A DNA stretch of 64,000 bases from Lytechinus pictus (Eukaryota), in assembly GCF_037042905.1 (NCBI RefSeq), contig NC_087246.1, positions 7,504,001 through 7,568,000 on the forward strand, read 5' to 3'. A program made the translations under genes and the position numbers. The notes under the pieces were generated by a model that ran no database searches, was not told the DNA's origin, and was given only the letters and a program-made list of their open reading frames with translations. Shown one piece after another: positions 37,163-50,500 of the stretch; within the stretch, counting starts at the first letter, position 1, and every line of letters starts with the position of its first letter.

Positions 37163-40100
37163 TAGTCTGGTCTGTTAGCGAAATTATGTGGACACGGTGG
37201 ACAAAAGCGTGATTTTTTCTCCAGACCTTTGTTTATGTATAAGAATTAAGAATGGGGTATGCTCCAAAAAATCTGGCTACAGGAACAGTGAAAAAATGGG
37301 TGAAAATGTCCGAATTTATGAGTCTAGATTTGTCTGATATATAGACTAGCGCTAGTCCAAAACTCAATAGCAGTGCATTATTTTGCATTGGATTAGTTCT
37401 TGAATTCAGACCCTTTTTGAACAGATCTTCTGTTTGTCCTCGCATCTCAATGCACCAAATATCTGAAAGCAGATGCTAACCAGTGGCGTAACAGGCGGGG
37501 GGGCAGGGGGGGCAAGTTGCCCCCCCTGGCGGATTTCACCGGGAAAATAAAAGAAAAACGGGAAAAAGAAAAAAAGGAGGGAGAAAGAAAGGGAAAGGGG
37601 AAGGAAGGGGGAAGGAAAGGAGGAAAAGGAAAGGGAAAAGAAAACGAAGAAAAACTTTTTTTTTATGGAAAAGGAAGGAAAGAGGGAAAATGTACGAAAG
37701 AAGAACTGACATTTGAGAAAGAACAAATCATTCTGAAATAGGCCTATGTAATGCAATAGCACGGTGGGAAATGAATTAAAAGATGACAAAATGGCAACCA
37801 ATAGCGGGAAACGAAGGTAGAGAGTAATTATATAGTCAAAAGCTAAATTGGAAAAGAAAAGGGACAAGGAAAAAAAATAATAACACGACCGGGCTGCCGA
37901 TGATTGAAATTAAAGAGCGGGAATAAAGATGGACTGCATACAACATTGTGCTATAAGCTTGCTAAATTTTATGCAAATAAGCTACCGGGGCTTTGCCCCA
38001 GACCCTACGCAGTAGGGGCTCTTCATTCATAACCTTCAAATGGCTCTATAACGCCCCCGTTCACAATCAATCACTGGCATACAGGCGGGGGGGGGGGGTC
38101 TTGGTCCACACCCAAGAGAAAATAAAAGAAATTGTAGGAGACAACGTATATCATGAAATGAATGGAAACAATGAAATGCGTTATTTGCTGAATATAATGG
38201 AAAAAGCTATCACATAATTAGAATTTAATTTCAATTGGCAATTTTTTTTTCCAGCTCGCTTTGCATGCTGGCGACTTTTTTTTACAAATTTTCCCACATT
38301 GCTATGTTTTGTTCCTTAAAAATATTTGGTTCATTATGCAACCGGGTTGAATAAATGTGTTGTGTAAAAGCTATATTCTGTATATGACCGCGATTTGATT
38401 AAAATAGCGGCAATCTGCGAGGTTTAAATGGCTTTGATATCAAGAAGTTTCGGGGGCTCCGCCCGGACCCCAACCGCACAGCACTGCGTATGGAAGGGTT
38501 GGGCCATGGCCCCAAAAAGTTCTACAAACAAGAATTAAAAAAAAAAAGGAAAGAAAAGCAAAGGAAAAGTGTAGGATATGATTTTATTTACTGAATATAA
38601 TGTAAAAAAAATAGCTCAAAGTTAGATTCTCATGAAAAGATGATTTTTTTTCTCGCTCGCTTCGCTCGCTCGGGACTTATATAAAGCAGCTTTTTAGCAC
38701 ATGTGCTATACCGCTCCCCTGTTTTTTTTTAATCTTCTTTTTTTACTCTTCACGCTAATGCCACAAAGAATCCTGTTCACAGTGGCGTATCGTACAGACC
38801 ACAAAAAAGGAATCTAAAGAGAGAAAAATGATATTGTTTTCTGGATATCATGTCAAAATCTATCACAAAATTTGATTTTTGTATTAAAAAGGTCCAAATT
38901 TTTGCTCGCTCGCTTCGCTCGCTCGCAACTGTTTTTAAAGATAAATTCTGTCCGATACGCAATATCTGGCCTTCTCAAAATAGTCGCCTCATTACACCAT
39001 TACGCCTGTTCATACCATGATATGACCGGGAAATTTTTGGCTCTTGCCCCCCCTGGCCACCGACCCCTGTTACGCCGCTGATGCTAACCAAGCCGAAGGG
39101 TGACTTTGGAGGGGGTTGAATGTTGGTGTGTATGTACATATTTTGGTCTCGGGGTAAAGATGTGCGATACATATTTTTTGCATGTGTTGGAAATTGTGTT
39201 GCCATGGTAACAGTGTATCATTGCAAAAAAAGGTAAAAATCTTGCTGTTAGAACTACTTCCTCTGTTTTCATCCGATTCTCATGAAATTTGGCACACACA
39301 TTGGTCTTGAGGTGAAGCTGTCTAAGATACATTTTTGTGTGTCTTTCAGAAATCTTGTTGCCATGGTAACAACATATCATATGGTGAAAATTGGGAAAAA
39401 AACTTACAATTCAAACTGCTTCATCAGTTTTCAATCAATTGTCATGAAATTTGGCACACACATTGGTATTGAAGTAAAGATGTACAAGGCACTTTTTTGT
39501 GTGTGTTTCAGAAATTTTGCTGCCATGGTAACAACATATTATATGGCAAAATTTAGATTTTGAACCAAATTTCGTGAAATTTGGTCACACATTGGCCTTG
39601 GGGTATAGCTGAGCAAGAAACTTTTTTGCATTTGTCAGAGAGTGCATTGCCAGGGTAGCCACATATGATAGCCAGAAATGCAGGAATACTCATTGTGGAT
39701 CAAACTACTTCCCCTGTTTTTAGTCAGCGCTCATAAAAGTTGGAAGAAATACTCATCTTGGGGTAAAGATTTATATTAAATTATAAATGTCTTCTGTGCA
39801 TTAAAATGTTCACGCCAGAGTGTGGGGGTATTAATCACCTTCATTAATAATTCTAGGTTTTGGGGGAGGGGCGGGATTGGTCCTTAAAATCTGACATCAA
39901 AATAAAGAAGGTCAAAGGCGGTGGCCATTAGAAACATAAAAATGATAAACACTCTTAAAAACGCATCCCCTCAAGGCATAGGCTGGAGGTACACTGGGTG
40001 AATGTGAAACCTTCCGCTGAGGCAGAGGAGTTCCAACACTGGCAAGCAAAACGAAATGTGCACCCCTTCTACTTTCAACAGATGATTTTCCAAACCTTAG

Positions 40101-43100
40101 TTCCACCTCCCCAAGATGTTCCCCCCTCCCCATACCACTTGTAGTTCTACCTCCCCATGCTCAAACCAGTCTATACCTTTGCCCCTCAGGGGTCTTTGTA
40201 TTTTTAAAGCTAGACATTACTCTTCTTTTTTTGTGCGGGGGGGGGGGGGGGTCTTTAGAAAATGACCTCATAAAAGTTAAAGGATTATGACTAGGAACTT
40301 ATTATAATCCACCCCCCGGAAAAATAGGGGGCTGACTATTTTTTAGCAGAAAATGCCCCCCCCCTAAAAGGTAAGAAGAGTCCTTTGCACTTCAGACCAT
40401 TTATTTGAAGTTTAATGTATTCTGATTTGATAAAAAAATGTTTACAATAACCAATTAACCATTGTTTACTTATATTCTCCTACTCAGTCTTTTATTCATA
40501 TTCATATTCCGTTCCTACTCTTTTTTTAACTTTCAAATCCCTGTTGATTTTGAGCTTCACCATACCATCTCCTTCTGTTTCCTCTCTCTCTCCAAGTATA
40601 TTTTTCTGACATATTTTGAAGTGTCCCTTTAATCATGCAACTAATTATAGAAATATAAGTATATACAAAAATCTCTGCACTTGTTTTAGAAATTCACTTG
40701 CAAATCCATGACTCAATAACATACCATATCAAAAATAAACATATGTGCACAAGAGATTTTAGCCTTATATTTTCTTTCACTTCATTTTTCCAGTATATTT
40801 CTGTCACAGCTCCTGCTTTATACATCCTACATCTCCCATTGTCAAAAATGAATATGTTTCAGTAGCAAAATTGTTGGATGCAAACTCTGTCATAAAAACA
40901 AGTGCAAATAATTTTCCATTGGAGTAAAGACAAACTTTTAAGGGATATGACTACAATATGATTATATGTAGATAAACTTTTATTTCTCTACATATAATTA
41001 TATTCTAGTCATATCCCTTTCAGATGGTGGTAACCGCAGGAATATGAAAACTCAGTGATAAAACTAACATTTTTACAGATGATTTTCGGAAAATAACTAC
41101 ATCCATTTTTGTCAAGCAACAGTTATTCCATTCTGAATGCTGCAACCTTGTTAATATGAATTTGAATTTGATGTACCTTTACCAAAATATAATATCATGA
41201 CGGTCATTTCTTCAAAACTAGACATTGAATATTGCTAATAGTATCGACAGAGTGTAGCCAAAAATGATTATGAAGGAAAAAATGTCATGGTATTATATTT
41301 CGGTGTAGGTGTAAGCATTCAGAATGGAATAATTGTTGCTAGATAATAATGAATTAAAATAGCAAAGAAAAATGTACTGAGAAAGGGAGGCAAAGAGGGG
41401 GGGAGAGGAAACAAAACAAGAAGGTATATGGTAAAGCTCAAGAGTGCAAAAGGTGATGAAAGACAGAGTAGGAACTGAAATGAACAAAGACTGAGTAGAA
41501 GAAGATAAATAAACCATTGATTAATTGGACACCAGAAACAATTTTTTTAAAGTAGATGTTTTAGGCTTTAAATTGATATGCTGAAATGTAAAGGATTTTT
41601 CACCCCCCCTTTTTTTTTTGGGGGGGGGGTTAAGTTCCTAGTCGTAATAATTTTCTTTTACTCTTTTATGTGGCAATTTTCTAAAGTCGCCCCCCCAAAA
41701 AAAAAAAATGGAAGGGGTGTTTTTTTAAGAGTGTTTAAGTTCCTAATAGTCATGGACTTTAACCTTCTATATTTTTATGTTGTCAGCTTTTAAGAACCTT
41801 CTCTGCCCCCCTCCCAATTGAAGGTGATTAATACCCTGCACTATTATATGACGTTATAAAGGGGAATCCAACCCAAATAAACACTTGTTTTTAGAGGAAA
41901 ATTAAAAATCAGACAAGTTTTTGTGTCAATGTTTGAACAATATCGGACAAACCATAAGAAAGTTGTGAATATAAAAAAGTTGTAAACATTGGTAATCACT
42001 ATACCCATGAAGACTTCAAATTGACCGCATATATGATGTCATAGTGATGTAAGGCAATGACCACTCTTCCATGTACTGGAATAATTAATTGGCTAAAAAA
42101 ATTTTTTTAATGTTTTACTTCAAATTATATATTTCTTTCATGAGGACATAAAACATTATACTACCGGGTTTATATTACGGCCCCAATGGAATAGGAATTT
42201 AGGAGACTGAACCAAAAATCCTAATAATTAAGTACAAGTCTTATGGTAAAGTTTTCCTTGCGGCTTCATCCCTTGTCATAATTTACTTACCCAGTTGCCA
42301 ATTTGAATTCTACATACGAGTAGCCTTAGGGATCTTAATTTTAAAGCAGCCATAAATTTATTTTGCTTGTCCGATTTCTTTCAAACTTTCACCATTATTA
42401 TTTTTCTCCTTTTCCATGCACATAACATAATGACCAAGGCTGGATTCCCTTTTAACACTGAATATGAATCTTTACCCAAAATGAATATTTGTGTCAACTT
42501 TTATCAGCATAGGCTGAGAACTGAGAAGTAGATTGATCCACAATGAGTTTTCCCCATATTTCTGGCTATATGTGGTTACCAAGGCAATGTACTCTCTGAC
42601 AAATGCAAAAAAAAAATTCTTGCACATCTTTACCTCAAGGCCAATGTGTGAGCCATAATTATTTCATGAGAATTGGTGCAAAACTGATGAAATAGTTCAA
42701 ATTGCCAGGTTTTTACCTAAATTTTGCCATATAATACGTTGTTTCCATGGCAACACAATTTCTGAAGCACACACAAAAGTGCCTTGTACATCTTTACTTC
42801 AATACCAATGTGTGTGCCAAATTTCATGACAATTGATTGAAAACTGATGAAGCAGTTTGAATTGTAAGTTTTTTTCCCAATTTTCACCATATGATATGTT
42901 GCTACCATGGCAACAAGATTTCTGAAAGACACACAAAAATGTATCTTAGACAGCTTCACCTCAAGACCAATGTGTGTGCCAAATTTCATGAGAATCGGAT
43001 GAAAACAGAGGAAGTAGTTCTAACAGCAAGATTTTTACCTTTTTTTGCAATGATACACTGTTACCATGGCAACACAATTTCCAACACATGCAAAAAATAT

Positions 43101-43510
43101 GTATCGCACATCTTTACCCCGAGACCAAAATATGTACATACACACCAACATTCAACCCCCTCCAAAGTCACCCTTCGGCTTGGTTAGCATCTGCTTTCAG
43201 ATATTTGGTGCATTGAGATGCGAGGACAAACAGAAGATCTGTTCAAAAAGGGTCTGAATTCAAGAACTAATCCAATGCAAAGTAATGCACTGCTATTGAG
43301 TTTTGCACTAGCGCTAGTCTATATATCAGACAAATCTAGACTCATAAATTCGGACATTTTCACCCATTTTTTCACTGTTCCTGTAGCCAGATTTTTTGGA
43401 GCATACCCCATTCTTAATTCTTATACATAAACAAAGGTCTGGAGAAAAAATCATGCTTTTGTCCACCGTGTCCACAAGTAGGGCATTTTTGACGCTAACA
43501 GACCGGACTA
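37163..43510. mobile_element. Foldback family F2, copy B (Academ-like), nested in F1 copy B
   Basis: tagtctggtctg...cagaccggacta; 3-bp TSD TAA. The empty site (ctcta-caa-gccctaact, minus strand) is at about 8931-8950 in F1 copy A. Confidence 0.9.
37481..39080. mobile_element. hAT-like non-autonomous element (1.6 kb)
   Basis: cagtggcgtaacagg...cctgttacgccgctg; 8-bp TSD atgctaac (37473-37480, 39081-39088). Confidence 0.88.
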
Positions 43511-46043
43511 TAAGCCCTAACTAGATTATGTAACATGTGAACAGGGAAACTAATTTTCACAAGAGTGAGAATCATAAAATGCATATAACTGTGATGTACG
43601 AGTAAAGATACTGTCTTAAACATTATTTCTATCTATATACATCACATAATGGTCGTGGTTACGGTGGAGGTAATAAATGTAAATGTTGTATTTTGAAATC
43701 CAAAATGGCTGCCATAGGTCATAAAAGTATTATGTACGTTGTAACATGGGACATATAATTTTGACAGAATTCGGCTTTGCTTGACTCTAAATATTACATA
43801 TAATTGTGATATAAGGGTGAATTATTGTCTAAAGTAATGGTTTCTAACGAAATATATCATAATGTTGTGTAATTAAGGTGATAAATGCTGCATTTTCTAA
43901 ATTGAAAATGGCCACCATAGGCACTTATCGTATAATATACAATTTGGATGGAGACAAATAATGTTCACAAAAGGGCATATGGCAGCCATTTTGAATGTTG
44001 AAATACAGTATTTATCACCTAAATTACATATGATATGATATATTTTGTTATGAATCATGTTTACAGTCAATATTCCACCCATACATCACCATTTGACCAA
44101 GCAAAGCCAAGTTCTGTTGAAATGATTTGTTCCCATTCATATTGTGCATAATACCGTAGGGGCATTTAGCGGCCATTTTGACTTTAAAATAACGGTATTT
44201 ACCAATTAACTGGCAAAATAAATGATATATCATAACATAAATTATGCTTTCAGACAATAGTTTACTCATATATCACTATTACGTGCATTTATGGTGCTCA
44301 CTCCTGTGAATATTGGTTTCCCACGTTGCATTGTATATAATACAGTTGATGTCGATGGCGGCCATTTTGAAAGTCAAAATACAATATTTAACACAAACTT
44401 GAAACCTGAATGATATATTTCGTTAGAAAATACGTTTTTAGACAGTTTCCAATTAATTTGTCATATATATATGCATTTTAGTGCTCACTCTTGTGATTTT
44501 TTCTCTCCAATTTCTCATTGTGCATAATACTTTTAGGGCCTTTGGCAGCCATTTTGAATATCAAAATGCAACATTCATTACATGCATGGCATATTAATAA
44601 TATATTGCGTTAACAATCATGTTTTTATTCAGTATTCCACTCGTTTAATCTTCATAATAAGCATTTTAGTGATCACTCTTGTGATTTTTTTGGGCCCCAT
44701 TGCCATTGTACGCAATACTGTTTGTGCCAGTGGAGGCGATTTTAGAAATCAAAATACAGCAATGTTCCCATATATGACATAATAAATGATATATCTCGTT
44801 AGTAATGATGATTAGCATATATTACTTCGTTCATACATCGCGATTTTTTGCAGTTTAGTGCTCATTTTTGTGAAAATTAGTTTTCGCTATTCATATTGTA
44901 CACAATAGTGTATACAATGGCCTATGGCGGCCATTTTGAATATCAGGAAATTATTTTTTAAGATTGTATTTCACCTCTGCTACACAATTTCATGCATTTC
45001 ACCGCCAATGTGCGGACAATTTTATGATTTTCATGGGTAATTTGCGTATTTTGGCGGCCATATTGGATTTTGCCAATTTGCGGAAAATGCTCAAGGTTAC
45101 ACGAGTGGCATCATCCAGATTCGTAATCAGCACCCTCGAATTGACAAGAAACCATCACAAAATATTGTATATATAGAAAAACAAGGTTGAGCCTCTTCTA
45201 TCCTGGACTAAAAGGGGTTTTAGCGTAAGTGAGGACACAACCGTTCTTCGGGAAGCGATCTACGCACATTTTGAGCGCGCTACTCCACACGACAGGTGTA
45301 GAATGCGTATGCTGCGGTTTCGAATTTCGCGCGAAACGTGTCACCCCACTGAGAGCGTTTCCATTGCAATAAGAGCGCTTTACGTGAAGTGATTTTAAAA
45401 ACCACTCTCGTGTGATCAAGTGGGAACGCTAGCAAAGCGATCTTCTAAACTGGTTTCCTGAATCGGTTTTCAGTAAACTAGTTTTAGAGAGCGTAATGAG
45501 AACGGCCTCATAAATGTCATTCCCAGCACAAAGCCAAAACCCAGAATCAGAGAGAGGGAGAGAGAGTGATAAATCATTCCAAACAAGGATAGGATAAAGT
45601 CAACTAATAAAATAAGCACATAACGATACACTGACCACAAGGTTAAACTAGGAATTTGGACATCAGGAGTTGAGGGAGAGAAGTCTGAAGGAATCAGGGT
45701 ACTAATGGATAATTCGATTTTCATTCCCGATCATCGCAGAGCAAAAACGGAAATCAACCTCATGGTTCGGTCTTTGAAAACACAAAAACGAAATCACAAC
45801 GAGAAAAACCTGTTGTGATTTCGTTTTTGGAGATCAAAAATAGAAAATACTTTTGGACTCTTTCTGATTTCTCATTCTATACTTGTGTTTGTTATATAAA
45901 AGGTCATAGAATTAGGCATGTTTTATAGCTCCATGGAATTAGAGTAAGGTAGTCCGAATTAAATTGATCGCACAACTTCGGGTCGGGTCGACTCCAGGCG
46001 GGTAAAATCTTTATATCAATTTCTGCCGTCACCTCCATATAGG

Positions 46044-46067
46044 CATGGACCTATTAATAGGTACATG
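46044..46067. mobile_element. 24-bp remnant (footprint) of the P-like element
   Basis: atatagg|catggacctat-ta-ataggtacatg|atatagg: 11 bp of each TIR end and both 7-bp TSDs. Confidence 0.8.
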
Positions 46068-46597
46068 ATATAGGCAACTTCTCCCGCTTTTCAGCTCATT
46101 ACTAAACAACTATAATAAGCCAGTTCGTAGTTCCTTTCTGTGCACGATCAAATGATTCTACGCATGATCAGAGGAAGGTCATTTGTACCAAAGTGGCATG
46201 GTGGTTTAAAATCTAATGAGATAAGCACCAACTTTGATGTCTTGATTATTCATATATAACAATGCGTCCAAGAACGACTGGTATTTCACAGTATGCCAAG
46301 TACTTTGTGCAACATGCTATGATATGCACTCAAAGTAGGAATGCAACAAATACCTTCATAAAGTGTTCATTGGTGTGCTATTCTAGTCACCTGGTCTATT
46401 CAATTTCTTCATCCTGCTATGCAAGGCAATCTTACGTAATATCTTGCTTTGAAATCTGCCTATCATAATGAAAGAAATGAAAGGTCATTTGACCAAAATT
46501 GTCCATGAGGTAACTACGAACTAATTTGGAGGCAAACAGATACCTAATTTAAAATGAGGAAGGTATACAATTCGTGTCGTATTAACGTGTAACTCGC

Positions 46598-47101
46598 CGG
46601 GTAAAGAAGAAAAGAGAGAAAGGGGGAAAGAGAGAGGAAGAAGGGAAAGGAAGAAGAGAAGAAAAAAGAGAGAGGAAAGGGGGAAGAAAAGAAGAAAAAG
46701 GGAAGAGGGGAAAGGAAGGGAAGGAAAAGGAAGAGAAAAGGGGGAAGGAAGAGAAGGAAAAAGAGAGGGAAAGGAAAAGGAGAAAAAAGAGAGGGAGAAC
46801 CAGGAAAGAAAAGGAGAGAGAGGAAGAGGGAGGAAAGAGAAAAAAAGAGAGGGGAAAGAAAAGAAGAAAAAAGGAGAAGAGGGAAAAGAAAGACAAAAAA
46901 GAGAAAGAGGGGAAAGGGGGAAAGGGAGGGGAGGGGAGAAAAAAAGAAGAGGGGGAAAAGAGAAAAGGGGAAAGGAAAAAGAGAAAAGAGATAGAGGAAG
47001 AGGGAAGAAAGAAGAGAAGAAAAGAGCGAGAAAGGGGGAATAAAAAAGGAAGAGGAACAGGGGAAGGACTGGAGGAAAACAAGAGGAAGAGGAGGAAAGA
47101 C
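46598..47101. repeat. Almost pure polypurine (G/A) tract of about 500 bp
   Basis: Very few pyrimidines over the interval. Confidence 0.95.
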
Positions 47102-47520
47102 AATGATGTTCGAACTGGGGGCCGATTTGATGTTCGCACGGGGGGGGGGGGCGAATTGATGTTCGACGTAGGGGCGCTGATATTGATGTTCAAACTAGGG
47201 TGCGCCAAATTGATACTCGAGTTAGGGGGGGGGCGAAATTATATTCTAACTAGGGGCGCCAAATTGATGTTGGACCTACATGTAGGGGCGCCGAATTGAT
47301 ATTCGAACTAGGAGGGCGCCGAAATGATGTTCCAACTTGCGGGAGACAAATTGATGTTCGACCTAGGGAGGCCAAATAGATGTTCGACGTAGGGGGGTGC
47401 GCCGAATTGATGTTCGACGTAGGGGCGCAAAATTTATGTGCGACATCGGGGGGGGGGGGCGATTGAATGTTCGAACTAGGGGCGCCAAATCGATGTTAGA
47501 ACTGGGGGGCGCTGAAATTG
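47102..47520. repeat. Minisatellite, unit about 24-30 bp (aattgatgttcgacgtaggggcgcc)
   Basis: About 15 degenerate tandem copies with variable G runs. Confidence 0.88.
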
Positions 47521-50500
47521 TGTATGGGTAGCCCATAGCTTAAAAGGAATGAAACTAGTATAAGTTATACAAGTTACATTAAGCCATATACCTATAATTT
47601 CATAGGTTACAAAGCACATGTTAACATTGTCAACAATGTTAACAATTATGTTATGATACATTACATTACATAATAAAAAATTTTATCATAATTTTATGAA
47701 ACATATTTTGCCCAGGGCCTACGTCTTCATTGTTCCTGGTGCTTGCATTGTTATTATTATTATTATTATTTATTCGGCAATTAAAAATACATAATAGTAC
47801 AATACAAATCACACAAACAATATGACATAGGTGATATAGTACAAAGGACCTGGAATAGAGATGAAGGGGCTGCCTGGGTTAGGAAAAGGTAAACTGAATT
47901 ACCATGGCCCACAGGCCTTCCTTCCCACACCCCTTCACCCCAATCCAGGTCAGTTAAGAATATAAAAAAAGAAACATGTAAACTGAAACTGGCAACAATT
48001 AATTTGAGGGAAACAAGTGTACCACGGATCAATCAGCAATCATCATTTCAATTGATTCATTGCAATATAAATACTTAAAGAAAAGAAAAAATAATAATAA
48101 TGCAGTAATTTGACTTGACTATAATAGGCCTACATTAAAAAAATATCTTAAACAGTTTCGAATCTTAATTGACTATTTTATTATTGGTGGACAATCTGCA
48201 AGAGCTTAACTACGAGTAGATAACAAATTAAGGTACACTGAAGAATTTGACAAATAACTAAATTATACAAATTATCTATTATAGGTTGCAATTGACTTGG
48301 TATTCATTACATTTAATTTATTATGACCGATTGAACCTAAGAATAAATACCAGATAACATCAGAATTATTCCCAATTTTAACCAGTTAATATTACGGACT
48401 AGCATCATCAATGACATTTCAATTGTATAAATTATGTGTATATTAATGTTCAGAATAATGGAAAATATTTACAATAAATACAATTTATGTTCAGAATATC
48501 ATATTTATAAATGTGCATTATTAAAATTCAGAGTGACGCCAACAGCAAGAACCGAATGTCATAGTCCAGTTATTGATCAATAATTGAATAATACATGTAA
48601 CTGCAATTGTTGCATGATATATAAATTTGTCTTGTTAGCTTGTTTCAGGAATTTAGTCTATAAAGAACAGTTAGAATTTCATGACGAAGAAGCGTGAGGA
48701 GCTTCATGATATTACCAGATATAATTTCATTTTTGATGTGAGAAGGAAAATTCTCCCAAATAATAGGAAATCTGTGCACTGCCGTTTGATGGAGACGTTC
48801 GGTTCTTGCTCTGAGGTGTTGAAATAGTATTGTATGTTCACTCTGCCTTGGTCTTATTTCTAAGTTATCCTTAACGGCCTCACACAACACGATACCATAT
48901 AGGGTTTTTACAGCAAAAGAGATCATAGGATATTTCCTTCTCGATTCTAAAGTGGCCCATGAAAGGTTTCGCAAACGCTGAGAATAAGGCATTTCTTGAC
49001 GCCTTTGTTTTAAGATCACTCGAGTTGCCCTCCTCTGAACTCTTTCTAGGGCGCCTACATGCTTTCTTGTGTATACATACCAAGCTGGAATTCCATATTC
49101 CAAGATGGGCAACACGAGAGATTTATACAAACACAGCAATGCTTGTTGAGACACACCCCTGCCTAACCTAGAAATCATACCAAGCATTCTGTTAGCCTTC
49201 TTGATGGTAATATCAACTTGATCATCCCATGTCAAATTTGAGTTGAGCGTTATTCCGAGATACTTGATAGAATTTACCTGATCAATTGGTTTGCCATTTA
49301 TTGTGTAATTTGACTTCTCAATATTTTTCTTACGGGGTGCAATTCTAGTACTTTTGTCTGTTTAGCATTCAGTTGCATTTTATTTGTGCTGCACCAGTTT
49401 ACGACTTCGTTGATGTCAGCTTGGAGAATAGGAACATCAGTCTCACTACGAATAATACGATACAACAGTGTGTAGTCCGCAAACAACACACATCAACTGC
49501 ATGGATAATATCGTTTACGAATATATTGAACAGCCGCGGCCCCAACACACTTCCCTGAGGAATTCCTGAGGTCACATTCGACCACCTAGACCTTGAACCT
49601 CGAAAGTGCACGATTTGTTCCCTATCGCAAATGAAGGAACGGACCCATTCCCAAACGTTACCTCGGATGTTGTAATTAATTGATAGTTTATTGAGGAGAA
49701 GATCATGGGGCATACGATTGAAGGCTTTACTGAAATCTAAAAAACTGCATCTATCATAGGGGTGGGGGAGGTATCAAGAGAGGAGAACCAGTCGTGGGTG
49801 ATGTTAAGTATTTGTGTAACAAATGATCGTTTAGGGGTGAATCCGTGTTGTTTGGGAGAAAGTAGACCATATGAGTCAATATGTTTAACTATAGATTTAT
49901 CAACAAAAGTTTCCATCATTTTGCAAATAATCGAAGTATGCGCCACCGGGCGATAATTCTGAAAATCACAAGGGTTGCCAGATTTATTGACAGGAATCAC
50001 AATTGATCGTTTCCGTTGTCTGGGTAGCTGACCTTTAGAAAGTGAAATTTGGAATAAGCGTTGAAGTACCACGGATATTGGTTCTTTCACCTTCTTAGGT
50101 ATACCAGCAGTAATCCCATCAATACCGGGTGACTTACAGTATTCAAAGATAAGTTGTTAATATGTTTTATAATTTCATCAACAGGGAAATCAAGGTTATT
50201 CAAAGCATCAATGGGAAGATCACCAACATTAGGCATGTCAGGAACATTACCAGATTGATCAAAAACCGATACAAAATAATCAGAAAAACAATTAGCGATC
50301 TCCTGAGGCTTGTTTAATACAGTTTCATGATCAGAAATTATTGGTGGAGTTGGGTTGCGCCTCAGAGAACGCATATATCCAAAAAAATCGCTTTCTATTA
50401 TCATGCATAGAGAAAAGACCATTCAAATAACGCCAATAAGACTTGTTAGATTCTTGTTTGGCATGATTACGAGCTCTTTTGTACTTGTCCCACCATTCAT

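Larger units (their letters stand above)
36110..45210. mobile_element. Foldback family F1, copy B (Academ-like), inverted relative to copy A
   Basis: tagtgcaggatag...ctatcctggacta; 3-bp TSD AAA; about 2.75 kb after removing F2 copy B. Confidence 0.88.
35965..45509. mobile_element. MITE of about 440 bp (Harbinger-like) split by 9.1 kb of nested insertions
   Basis: TIR gaggctgttctcactacg..taaaactagttta / taaactagttttaga..cgtaatgagaacggcctc; ATA on both sides. Confidence 0.75.

Noticed and set aside
39084..43430. Repeated short ORFs (MKFGTHIG..., MICCYHGNK..., KVTRVASSRFVIST...) as a possible gene family
   Set aside because: They recur only because they lie in F1/F2 inverted arms; frames and stops are not conserved between copies.
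46582..47208. 208-aa F/S/L/P-rich ORF (also 37406-37867)
   Set aside because: Artefact of translating a polypyrimidine strand, which lacks stop codons.
47102..47520. Repeat array of about 25 bp as possible CRISPR
   Set aside because: Head-to-tail minisatellite with G-run length variation and no spacers.
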